Shown here one piece after another: positions 1 to 7,727 of a stretch of 11,152 nt of DNA. The notes under the pieces are model-generated. The model was not told the origin of the DNA and did no database searches. It was given only the letters and a program-made list of their open reading frames with translations. This stretch comes from Candidatus Ratteibacteria bacterium. GTDB lineage: Bacteria; Ratteibacteria; UBA8468; B48-G9; JAFGKM01. Made by a program: the position numbers and the translations under genes. Location: the NCBI GenBank assembly GCA_046296715.1, contig JBKBIN010000044.1, forward strand, positions 1-11,152, read 5' to 3'. The number at the start of each line of letters is the position of its first letter. Positions within the stretch are counted from its first letter, which is position 1.

Positions 1-303
1 CCAAGAGCAGTTGCGCAAGGACTTGCAGGAGGAAAACCAGTTGTTGCTTTTGATATTGATGGAACAAAGGAAATAGTGATAAATTGGAAAACAGGATTTA
101 TTGTTCCTCCTGAAGATGTTGAATTATTAAAAGAAAAAATTACCTATCTTCTTGAAAATTCTGAAATTTCTGCTAAAATGGGAAAAGAAGGTCAAAAGTT
201 AATTATGCAACTGTTTCCAGTTGAAAAAATGGTTGATGAAATTGAAAAAATTTATGTAAAATTTTTGAATAATGGGAAAAGAAAAAGATTATATCATAGT
301 TGA
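1..303 (+). CDS. Glycosyltransferase family 4 (GT-B fold), C-terminal part; gene begins upstream of the window
   Basis: Frame 1 is open from base 1: PRAVAQGLAGGKPVVAFDIDGTKEIVINWKTGFIVPPEDVELLKEKI...MGKEGQKLIMQLF. This matches the GT4 C-terminal pattern 'EAmA.GkPVVa.d.gG..Eiv....tG.lv.p.d'. Stop TGA at 301-303. Confidence 0.85.
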   Translation, partial: PRAVAQGLAGGKPVVAFDIDGTKEIVINWKTGFIVPPEDVELLKEKITYLLENSEISAKMGKEGQKLIMQLFPVEKMVDEIEKIYVKFLNNGKRKRLYHS

Positions 304-667
304 GGCAAATTATAGAAGTTTAGAGTTAATTTCAAGTTTTATTCAAAAAAAATGTTTACTTTCAAAATTAAGTTTTAAAAAAACATGGGAAATAATGTTA
401 ACAGTTGATGAAATTTGTAGTTCAATAATAACTTGTAAAAACAATGAACCCAATATTATCAAAGTTACATGGGAAAATATGCCGAATTCTATTAAAATTG
501 AAATAATAGATGATGGGTGTCCTTTTAATCCATTAAATATAACCCATGAAGATTATGGGCTTGGAATACAAATAATAAAGGAGATGATTGATTATTTTGA
601 GTATAAAAGAGAGAATAGTTATAATATCATAATTTTGAAAAAGAATAGAAGAAGGAGAAAAAAATGA
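272..667 (+). CDS. RsbW/SpoIIAB-like anti-sigma regulatory factor (HATPase_c_2 ATP-binding protein)
   Basis: 131 aa. It has an N-box-like 'LTVDEICSSII', a G1 box 'IEIIDDGCPFNPL', a G2 box 'GLGIQIIKEMID' and a terminal 'YKRENSYNIIILKK' strand. Its stop overlaps the next start (ATGA, 664-667). Confidence 0.8.
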   Translation: MGKEKDYIIVEANYRSLELISSFIQKKCLLSKLSFKKTWEIMLTVDEICSSIITCKNNEPNIIKVTWENMPNSIKIEIIDDGCPFNPLNITHEDYGLGIQIIKEMIDYFEYKRENSYNIIILKKNRRRRKK

Positions 668-1434
668 AAGTTTTAGAGAAGTTTTCTTTAAAAGGTAAAA
701 CTGCACTTATAACTGGTGGAACGAGTGGGCTTGGTAAAGAAATGGCAAAGTCACTTTTAGAAGCAGGTGCTGAAGTTGCTATAATAGGTAAAGATGAAGA
801 AAAAGGTGTTAAAGTAAAAAAGGATTTGATTGAAAAAACAGGACAGAAAACAATATATATAAAAGGGGATGTAAGAAAATCTGAAGATATTGAGAATTTC
901 GTAAAGTTAACAATAGAAAACTTTGGCAAAATAGATATATTAATAACATCTGCAGGAATAAATATAAGAAAAAATGCTGAGGATTTAACAATTGAAGAAG
1001 TTAGAGATTTATTTGATACAAATTTTTTTGGAACATGGTATACTTGTAAAATAGTTGGAAAACATATGATAGAACGAAGATATGGAAGAATAATCACAAT
1101 TGGTTCAATTTTAAGTTTTGTTACAATTCCTGGAAGAAGTATTTATTCTTCTACAAAAGGAGCAATAATCCAATTAACGAAAACACTTGCTGTTGAATGG
1201 GCTAAATATAATATTACTGTTAATTGTATTTGTCCTGGTGTTTTTAATACACCTATAAATGAAATAATTTTAAAAGATCCTGAAATTAAAAAAACATTTT
1301 TAGAAAAAATACCAGTTGGAAGGATTGGACAACCAGAAGAAATTGGACCACTTGCTGTTTTTCTTGCCTCTGATGCTTGTCCATTTATTACAGGTAGTGC
1401 AATTTTGATTGATGGCGGTTGGACATGTCTATAA
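664..1434 (+). CDS. Classical SDR family NAD(P)-dependent oxidoreductase (gluconate 5-dehydrogenase/KduD/FabG-like)
   Basis: N-terminal 'FSLKGKTALITGGTSGLG' (TGxxxGxG), catalytic YSSTK (YxxxK), 'ITVNCICPG' and C-terminal 'FITGSAILIDGGW'. AAGGAG SD just upstream. Confidence 0.92.
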   Translation: MKVLEKFSLKGKTALITGGTSGLGKEMAKSLLEAGAEVAIIGKDEEKGVKVKKDLIEKTGQKTIYIKGDVRKSEDIENFVKLTIENFGKIDILITSAGINIRKNAEDLTIEEVRDLFDTNFFGTWYTCKIVGKHMIERRYGRIITIGSILSFVTIPGRSIYSSTKGAIIQLTKTLAVEWAKYNITVNCICPGVFNTPINEIILKDPEIKKTFLEKIPVGRIGQPEEIGPLAVFLASDACPFITGSAILIDGGWTCL

Positions 1435-1439
1435 ATAAA

Positions 1440-2192
1440 ATGGAAAAAATAAAAAAAATTCTTATTTATTGTGATGGTAAAAAATGGCTTATAGATAGTA
1501 ATCTAAAAAAATTTTCAACTCATTTTGGAAATATTGAAATTCCTGAATTCAATGGTCAAGTTGAAATTAGTCAAGTAAATAAAAAAAAAATCTATTTTTT
1601 AAGGCCTACAATTTCTGACTTTATTTTAAAAATAAAAAGAAAAACACAGATAATTTATCCAAAAGATGTCGCAATAATTCTTTTTTATTCAGATCTTAAA
1701 GAAACAGATAATGTAATTGAAGCAGGAACAGGTTCTGGTTCTTTATTGATTGGAATTCTTTCAAAAGTAAAAAAAGGAAAAGTTATAACTATTGAGAAAA
1801 CAGAAGAATTTAGAAAAATTGCTGAGAAAAATGTAGAAAATTATTTTGGACAGATACCAGAAAATGTAGAATTTTTTGATGGAGATGCTTATGATGAAAA
1901 TCTTAAACTTAATATTGAAGAAAAATGGGCAGATAAAATATTTTTTGATTTACCAGAGCCATGGAGGGCAAAAAAACTTCTAAAATATTTGAAAATTGGT
2001 GGAATTTTGGTAAACTATAATCCACAGATAATACAGATAAAAAAGTTTATTGAGGAAATCAGTGGTTTTATTGATATAAATGTTTTTGAAATACTTGAAA
2101 GAAAATGGATTGTTGACGAAAAGAGAGCAAGACCAACGGACCTAATGAGAGGACATACAGGGTTTATAATGACTGCAAGGAGAGTTGAATGA
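1440..2192 (+). CDS. trmI: tRNA (adenine57/58-N1)-methyltransferase TrmI/GCD14 family
   Basis: Signatures 'KRKTQIIYPKD', SAM motif 'VIEAGTGSGSL', 'FFDLPEPW' and C-terminal 'RPTDLMRGHTGF'. Start placed at ATG 1440 (just after the SDR stop) rather than the overlapping ATG at 1419. Confidence 0.92.
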   Translation: MEKIKKILIYCDGKKWLIDSNLKKFSTHFGNIEIPEFNGQVEISQVNKKKIYFLRPTISDFILKIKRKTQIIYPKDVAIILFYSDLKETDNVIEAGTGSGSLLIGILSKVKKGKVITIEKTEEFRKIAEKNVENYFGQIPENVEFFDGDAYDENLKLNIEEKWADKIFFDLPEPWRAKKLLKYLKIGGILVNYNPQIIQIKKFIEEISGFIDINVFEILERKWIVDEKRARPTDLMRGHTGFIMTARRVE

Positions 2193-3490
2193 AAGAAAAA
2201 TTTCCTATAATACAAGTTGCCCTTGATTTTGTTGACGAACATCGTGCTTTAAAACTTGCAGAAGAGCTTATTGAATCTGAAGTTGACTGGATTGAAGCAG
2301 GGACTCCATTAATAAAATCATGTGGCGTTGAAATAATAAGGAAATTAAGAAAATTATTTCCAGATAAAAAAATAGTAGCAGATATGAAAATTATTGATGC
2401 AGGTAGAATTGAAAGTGAAATGGCTTTTAAAGCAGGTGCAAATATTGTAGTAGTTATGGGAAATTCTTCAGACAAGACAATCAAAGAATGTATTGAAGTT
2501 TGTAAAAATTATGGTGGTGAAGTTTTGGTTGATTTAATGGAAGAAGCTGCAAATATAGAAAGAGCAAAACAGGTGGAAAAACTCGGTGCAAATTACATAG
2601 GAGTTCATATCCCAATAGACCAACAGATGACTGGTAAAATTTCTTTTAAATTTTTGGAAGATGTAGTTAAAAATGTTAATATTCCTGTTGCAATTGCAGG
2701 TGGATTAAATTCAGAAAATGTTGTGGATGCAGTTAATTTGGGTGCTTCAATTTTAATAATTGGTGGAGCGATAACAAAATCAGTTGATCCAAAAAAAGCC
2801 GTTTCAGATATAAAAAAAGCAATTTTAACAAAAATACCTGTTAAGACAGATTTATATAAAAGAGTTGACTTGGAAAATGTTAGAGAAATTTATAAAAAGG
2901 TTTCAACAGCAAATATTTCAGATGCTTTACACAGGAGTGGATGGATTAAAGGAGTAAAACCGATATTGAATGAAAATTTTAAAATTGCTGGTAAATGTAT
3001 AACTGTTAGAACTTATCCCGGGGACTGGGCAAAACCTGTTGAAGCAATTGATATAGCAGAAAAAGGAGATATTATTGTAATTGATTCAGGTGGTATAGGA
3101 CCTGCCTGCTGGGGTGAACTTGCAACAAATAGTGCTATTAAAAAGAAAATTGAAGGAGTTATTATTTATGGTGCGGTCAGAGATATAGAAGAAATAATAA
3201 AACTTAAATTTCCTGTTTTTGCAAAAATTATAACACCACAAGCAGGTGAACCGAAAGGATTTGGTGAGATAAATGTTCCAATTAGAATAGGAGGCCAGTT
3301 AATTTGTCCAGGTGATTGGATAATAGGAGATTTAGATGGAGTTGTTGTAATTCCAAAAGAAAAAGTTGTTGAAATTGCAAATAGGGCTATGGATGTTCTT
3401 GAAAGAGAAAATAGGATAAGAAAAGAAATAATTGATGGTGGAACTTTAAGCAGTGTTATGGATTTATTAAGATGGGAGAAACCAAAATGA
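2189..3490 (+). CDS. hxlA: Bifunctional 3-hexulose-6-phosphate synthase (OMPDC/HUMPS fold) fused to C-terminal RraA/MenG-like (HMG-aldolase-like) domain
   Basis: N-terminal ~215 aa: 'IQVALD', 'DWIEAGTPLIKSCG', 'VADMKIIDAG', 'YIGVHIPIDQQ', 'AIAGGLN', 'IIGGAIT' (Hps). C-terminal: 'STANISDAL', 'GDIIVID', 'ACWGELATNSA', 'GAVRDIEEI', 'PGDWIIGDLDGVVVIP' (RraA family). ATGA coupling with trmI. Confidence 0.88.
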   Translation: MKEKFPIIQVALDFVDEHRALKLAEELIESEVDWIEAGTPLIKSCGVEIIRKLRKLFPDKKIVADMKIIDAGRIESEMAFKAGANIVVVMGNSSDKTIKECIEVCKNYGGEVLVDLMEEAANIERAKQVEKLGANYIGVHIPIDQQMTGKISFKFLEDVVKNVNIPVAIAGGLNSENVVDAVNLGASILIIGGAITKSVDPKKAVSDIKKAILTKIPVKTDLYKRVDLENVREIYKKVSTANISDALHRSGWIKGVKPILNENFKIAGKCITVRTYPGDWAKPVEAIDIAEKGDIIVIDSGGIGPACWGELATNSAIKKKIEGVIIYGAVRDIEEIIKLKFPVFAKIITPQAGEPKGFGEINVPIRIGGQLICPGDWIIGDLDGVVVIPKEKVVEIANRAMDVLERENRIRKEIIDGGTLSSVMDLLRWEKPK

Positions 3491-4428
3491 ACAAAATGGG
3501 AAACCAACAAGAGTATTTATTTAAAAGTAATGTGCTTCTAAATAATAGTGTGAACATAATTGTAGAAGATAAAAATGAGAAACAGAAATATCTACTTGAG
3601 GAAATTAAAAATAAAGTTATTTTAGGGGATGCTTTAAAAGTGCTTAAAAAAATAGATGACGAAGCTTTTGATATGGTTTTTATTGATCCACCATATTTCC
3701 TTCAGTTGCCAAACAAAAAACTAAGGCGATGGACAGTAAAAACTGTTGTTGAAGGAGTAAATGATGAATGGGATAAGTTTTCTTCATTTCAAGAATATGA
3801 TGATTTTATTCAGAAACTTCTTACAGAAGTAAAAAGAGTAATGAAACCAACTGCTACAATATGGGTCATCGCTACTTACCATAGTATTTTTAGAATAGGG
3901 AAAATTATGCAAGATTTAAATTACTGGATACTTAATGATGTAGTCTGGGTGAAAACTAATCCTATGCCAAATTGGTTAGGTGTGAGATTTACTAATGCTA
4001 CAGAAACTCTTATATGGGCAGTTAAAGATAAAAAATCTAAAAAATATACTTTTAATAAGGAATATGCAAGATCTTTTGGTATTGGGAAAGTAGGTGCAAA
4101 TGTTTGGGTTTTACCTATTTGTTGGGGCGATGAAAGGATTAAGGATGAAAATGGTAAAAAATTGCATTCTACACAAAAACCTATTGAACTCCTTAAAAGA
4201 GTAATTTTAATATCAACAAAAGAAGGTGATTTAGTTTTAGACCCAGTAGCAGGAACTGGAACGACAGGATATGTAGCTTGTGCATTGAAAAGAAATTTTG
4301 TAATGATAGAGATTAATCAAAAGTATGTAAAAGGTATTGAAGAAAGGTTTAAGTTCTCATTGAAAATAAGAGATTATCAACAGAGTAAAAAATACATAAA
4401 CAAATATATGAAATTGGAAGGATTATAA
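3487..4428 (+). CDS. Beta-class N6-adenine (N4/N6) DNA methyltransferase, M.HinfI/CcrM/M.HpyAIV-like, probably GANTC-specific
   Basis: Motif IV 'VFIDPPYFLQL' precedes motif I variant 'VLDPVAGTGTT' (beta order). 'WILNDVVWVKTNPMPNW.GVRFTNATETLIWA' and 'ERIKDENGKKLHSTQKP' are typical of CcrM/HinfI-type enzymes. Start placed at ATG 3487 (ATGA overlap with the upstream stop); 3472 is the alternative. Confidence 0.88.
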   Translation: MNKMGNQQEYLFKSNVLLNNSVNIIVEDKNEKQKYLLEEIKNKVILGDALKVLKKIDDEAFDMVFIDPPYFLQLPNKKLRRWTVKTVVEGVNDEWDKFSSFQEYDDFIQKLLTEVKRVMKPTATIWVIATYHSIFRIGKIMQDLNYWILNDVVWVKTNPMPNWLGVRFTNATETLIWAVKDKKSKKYTFNKEYARSFGIGKVGANVWVLPICWGDERIKDENGKKLHSTQKPIELLKRVILISTKEGDLVLDPVAGTGTTGYVACALKRNFVMIEINQKYVKGIEERFKFSLKIRDYQQSKKYINKYMKLEGL

Positions 4429-5316
4429 TGAACTATAAAAAATTTTGCGAAATTTTGAATAAGCATATATTTGAAAGTGAAAAAAAGGAAATGTTGCGAA
4501 AGATAGCAGAACATCCCCAGCGGTTTATAGGAATGTTTAGACCTACGAAACCTGGGGCAAAAATCTTACAACACCTTCTTCAATCACATGAGATCCGGAT
4601 GGGGGACGCTTTTGAGGAAGTTATAGAAGAAATACTGAAAGAATTAGGGTTTAAAATTTTACCAAAGAACATACAAAATGAGAAAGGAGAACAACTTTCT
4701 TTGGATCAATATTTTACAGACGGCGAGATGTTTTACTTTATTGAGCAAAAAGTAAGGGATGACCACGATTCTACAAAAAAGAGAGGACAAATATTAAATT
4801 TTGAAACAAAACTTGAAATTTTACATAAAAAACATGGTTCCTCATTAGTAGGTATTATGTATTTTATAGATCCAGACCTTTCTAAAAACAAAAATTATTA
4901 TCTTCAAGAACTTGAGAGACTTGAAAAATTCTATGGCGTTAAACTAATTCTTTTCTATGGTAAGGAATTATTTGGATATTTACAACATCCCTGAAATATG
5001 GGACGATATTCTTTTGTGGTTAAAACAATGGAAAGATAGTTTACCAGAATTACCTGAAATAAATTTTGATATTACACCTAAAGAAAGTTTTGAAGAAATC
5101 AAAGATTTAGAGGTTAGGAGTTGGAGGAAGATTTTAGAAAACGACAAATTATGGGAAGAAGGAATTATAAAATCAATATTTAAAGAAGGTTCTACTTTGC
5201 GCCTTTTATTAGATTTTTTTAAAAAACAAAATACACCACCTTATACTCAATTAACAAATCTATTATCTGAAAAACTGGCAGAATATTATGACAAAACAAA
5301 TAATTGGAAAATATAG
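4428..5316 (+). pseudogene. Type II restriction endonuclease, HpyAIV-like, split by a +1 frame change at ~4983-4994 (pseudogene, recoded gene, or sequencing error)
   Basis: ORF 4428-4994 has 'IAEHPQRFIGMFRPTKP', 'SHEIRMGDAFE' and PD-(D/E)xK-like 'LDQYF...FIEQKVRDDHDSTKKRGQI'. ORF 4957-5316 continues with 'PEIWDDILLWLKQWKDSLPELPEINFD...ESFEEIKDL'. From memory these match the N- and C-terminal parts of H. pylori HpyAIV-family endonucleases. Removing one base gives a single 295-aa ORF. TAATG coupling to the MTase. Confidence 0.82.
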
Positions 5317-5332
5317 ATAGTTAAGAGTATTT

Positions 5333-5340
5333 TAAGGAGG
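5333..5340 (+). promoter_or_regulatory. Shine-Dalgarno site of the NfnA-like gene
   Basis: TAAGGAGG ending 4 nt upstream of ATG 5345. Confidence 0.7.
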
Positions 5341-5344
5341 GAAA

Positions 5345-6199
5345 ATGAGGAACGGATATAGAATAATAAAAAAAGAGAAGTTGGCAGAAAAAATAAAAAG
5401 AATAGAAGTAGAAGCAGAATTAATTTCAAAGAAGGCACTTCCAGGACAATTTATTGTTTTAAGAGTTGATGAAAAGGGAGAAAGAATACCTCTTACAATT
5501 GCAGGTGTTGACAGAGAGAAAGGAACAATAACTTTAATTTTCCAGGAAGTAGGAACTACAACTACAAAACTTGGATTTTTGGAAGAAGGAGATGAAATTC
5601 TTGATTTAGTTGGACCTCTTGGGAAACCAACTGAAATAAAAAATTATGGCAATGTCTGTATTATAGTGGGTGGAGTAGGGGCTGCTTTTGTTTTTTGGAT
5701 GGGAAAAGAATTTAAAGAAAAGGGAAATAGAATAACAACAATAATTGGAGCAAGAACTAAAAATTTAATAATCCTTGAAGATGAAATGAGACAAATAAGT
5801 GATAATCTTTACATTTCAACAGATGATGGAAGTTACGGAGAAAAAGGTTTTAATACACAAATTCTTGAAAGATTGCTTGAAAATGGAGAAAGGTTTGATT
5901 TAGTTCTAACAGCAGGTCCTATTTTAATGATGAAAAAAGTTGCTGAAATTACAAAAAGATATAATATAAAGACAATTGCAAGTTTAAATCCAATAATGAT
6001 AGATGGAACAGGAATGTGTGGTGCTTGTAGAGTAAGTTGTGGTGGAAGAACAAAATTTACTTGTGTAGATGGACCTGATTTTGATGCACATCTTATTGAT
6101 TTTGATGAATTATTGAAAAGAACATCTGTTTATAAAGAACAAGAAAAAACATCATATGAAAATCTCTTAAGAAAAGTTGATACTGATCTCAAGAGGTAA
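5345..6199 (+). CDS. NfnA/SudB-like FAD/NAD-binding, [2Fe-2S] oxidoreductase subunit (sulfide/dihydroorotate dehydrogenase-like electron transfer subunit)
   Basis: 'PGQFIVLRVDEKGERIPLTIA', 'GPLGKPT', 'STDDGSYGEKGF', 'GPILMMK' and the cluster motif 'NPIMIDGTGMCGACRV...CVDGPDFD' characteristic of NfnA/SudB. Confidence 0.88.
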   Translation: MRNGYRIIKKEKLAEKIKRIEVEAELISKKALPGQFIVLRVDEKGERIPLTIAGVDREKGTITLIFQEVGTTTTKLGFLEEGDEILDLVGPLGKPTEIKNYGNVCIIVGGVGAAFVFWMGKEFKEKGNRITTIIGARTKNLIILEDEMRQISDNLYISTDDGSYGEKGFNTQILERLLENGERFDLVLTAGPILMMKKVAEITKRYNIKTIASLNPIMIDGTGMCGACRVSCGGRTKFTCVDGPDFDAHLIDFDELLKRTSVYKEQEKTSYENLLRKVDTDLKR

Positions 6200-6868
6200 A
6201 AAATCAGCAAGTATAACTTTATCCGCAATCCAAAATTTTTCAGTCCTTTTCGGACGATATTTTTTAATATATTCAATTTCTGATAAAAAGTCCTCTTTAT
6301 TTTTTCTAAAAATTTTAAATTGTGATGTTTGAGTCATTAATGCTTCATATCTTTTTTCTTCAACATCTGTTACATCAATAATTACAGATGGTAATCCACT
6401 TAATATCCCTTTATAGTAGTAAAGAAAAGGTGTATACCAAGGGTTTCCAAGTTCAGAAGATACTGGTTCACCAGCATGCCATCTTGCTTCAACAGTAATA
6501 AAATGAGTATTTATGTGATCTCTATGATTATCAACAGGTCCATGAGTAAATATGGCATCTGGTTTTTCTTCTCTGATAATTTTAATACATTTTTTTAATG
6601 TTTCTTTATTATTTACCAAACCCATATCAGGTATATTTAACATTATTCTTTTTGATATACCTAAAACTTTATCACATTCTTCTGCTTCTTTTTTTCTAAT
6701 CTCTACTATTTTTTCTTTGATTTCTTGGTTAGAATAGCCCTCACAACCATCTGTCATTGTAACAACAATAACTTTTATTCCAGATTTTGACATTTTAAAA
6801 ATTGTTCCAGCCATTGTTATTTCATCATCTGGATGTGCTCCAAAAATTATTACCTTTTTATAATTCAT
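6167..6868 (-). CDS. PIG-L/LmbE family N-acetylglucosaminyl deacetylase (BshB/MshB-like fold)
   Basis: 'FGAHPDDE', 'MTDG', 'RKKEAEECDKVLG' and 'IFTHGPVDNHRDH' Zn-binding motifs. Start moved to ATG 6868, which has an AAGGAG SD (6875-6880 on the minus strand). Confidence 0.88.
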   Translation of the reverse strand: MNYKKVIIFGAHPDDEITMAGTIFKMSKSGIKVIVVTMTDGCEGYSNQEIKEKIVEIRKKEAEECDKVLGISKRIMLNIPDMGLVNNKETLKKCIKIIREEKPDAIFTHGPVDNHRDHINTHFITVEARWHAGEPVSSELGNPWYTPFLYYYKGILSGLPSVIIDVTDVEEKRYEALMTQTSQFKIFRKNKEDFLSEIEYIKKYRPKRTEKFWIADKVILADFLPLEISINFS

Positions 6869-6887
6869 AATTTTCTCCTTTTTAAAC

Positions 6888-7721
6888 TTATATTTCAATT
6901 CCTTCTTCAATTGCAATTTTTTCAATATATTCTTTTGCTTTTTTATATTCTTCTTGAGATGGTAAATGTTCCAGCATTAAAGGAATATCTTTGTCTGATT
7001 TGTTTAGTTCTTTTAAAAGGACTCTATAGTTTAATCCTCCTTTTCCAGGAGTAGTTTCATCAAGATGCAGTGTAAGTTTATCATTAATTATAATATCTTT
7101 TGCATGGCATGACTTTATATAGGGACCAAGTTTTCTTACAAAATCTTTTATTAATATATCATTAAAAAAATATTTTTTTGGACTGTTTATAAGATTTACT
7201 GGATCAAAATGAACAGCAAATGATTTTCTATCTATACATTTAATAAGTTTTAAATAACTACTGGCAGAATCAGGATAAATCCATGGCATAGTTTCCAATG
7301 TATAAAAAGTATTGATTGGTTTAATTTCATCAATAATTTCTCTTACTATTTCAACTATCATATCAAATGTTTCTTTCATATAATTCTTTTTATCAGGTCC
7401 ATCCCATTTTTCCCCTCTTGAACCAGCAATGTTTACACAGCATTTTGCGCCAATTTTTTCTGCAAGATAAAGGGACTTTTTACACTTTTCTATTGCTTTT
7501 TTTCTTTCTTGATCATCAGAACTTAAAGGGTTGGACCATGCTCCTACTTCTGCAATAATAATTTTTTCTTTTTCTGCTACTTTTCTATATTCTTCAATAA
7601 TTTCTTCAGGTGTATCTATATTAACAGGACAATAACTTGCTTTATAACCTTCTTTTTTAATTAAGTTAATCCATTCTTCAGGATTATTATATTTTTCAAA
7701 TAAGGGGCCACCAAGTTTCAT
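6888..7721 (-). CDS. Sugar phosphate isomerase/epimerase (xylose isomerase-like TIM barrel, AP endonuclease 2 superfamily)
   Basis: Metal ligands in the usual order: 'LETMP' (E), 'VHFDPVN' (D), 'CHAKD' (H..D), 'PGKGGLNY', 'MLEH' (E). Confidence 0.85.
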   Translation of the reverse strand: MKLGGPLFEKYNNPEEWINLIKKEGYKASYCPVNIDTPEEIIEEYRKVAEKEKIIIAEVGAWSNPLSSDDQERKKAIEKCKKSLYLAEKIGAKCCVNIAGSRGEKWDGPDKKNYMKETFDMIVEIVREIIDEIKPINTFYTLETMPWIYPDSASSYLKLIKCIDRKSFAVHFDPVNLINSPKKYFFNDILIKDFVRKLGPYIKSCHAKDIIINDKLTLHLDETTPGKGGLNYRVLLKELNKSDKDIPLMLEHLPSQEEYKKAKEYIEKIAIEEGIEI

Positions 7722-7727
7722 TTTAAT

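Noticed and set aside
627..1097. Minus-strand ORFs 627-1097 and 809-991
   Set aside because: Antisense shadows of the SDR gene; Phe/Ser/Ile-rich composition typical of the reverse strand of an A-rich gene, with no motifs.
2015..3510. Minus-strand ORFs 2015-2242, 2164-2484 and 3166-3510
   Set aside because: Fully overlap the well-supported trmI and hps-rraA genes; no recognisable domains.
4989..4991. Phase-variable homopolymer tract in the endonuclease gene
   Set aside because: The run is only three C, too short for slipped-strand phase variation.
4992..4994. TGA as selenocysteine or a recoded (Gly/Trp) codon
   Set aside because: The homologous continuation is in a different frame, so readthrough cannot restore it. 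TGA is used as a normal stop in several ATGA junctions in this window.
4957..5316. Independent 119-aa gene starting at ATG 4957
   Set aside because: No SD before 4957, and the sequence is the C-terminal continuation of the endonuclease in the +1 frame.
6869..6925. 19-aa N-terminal extension of the PIG-L ORF
   Set aside because: Overlaps the upstream gene; ATG 6868 has a good SD and matches the family start.
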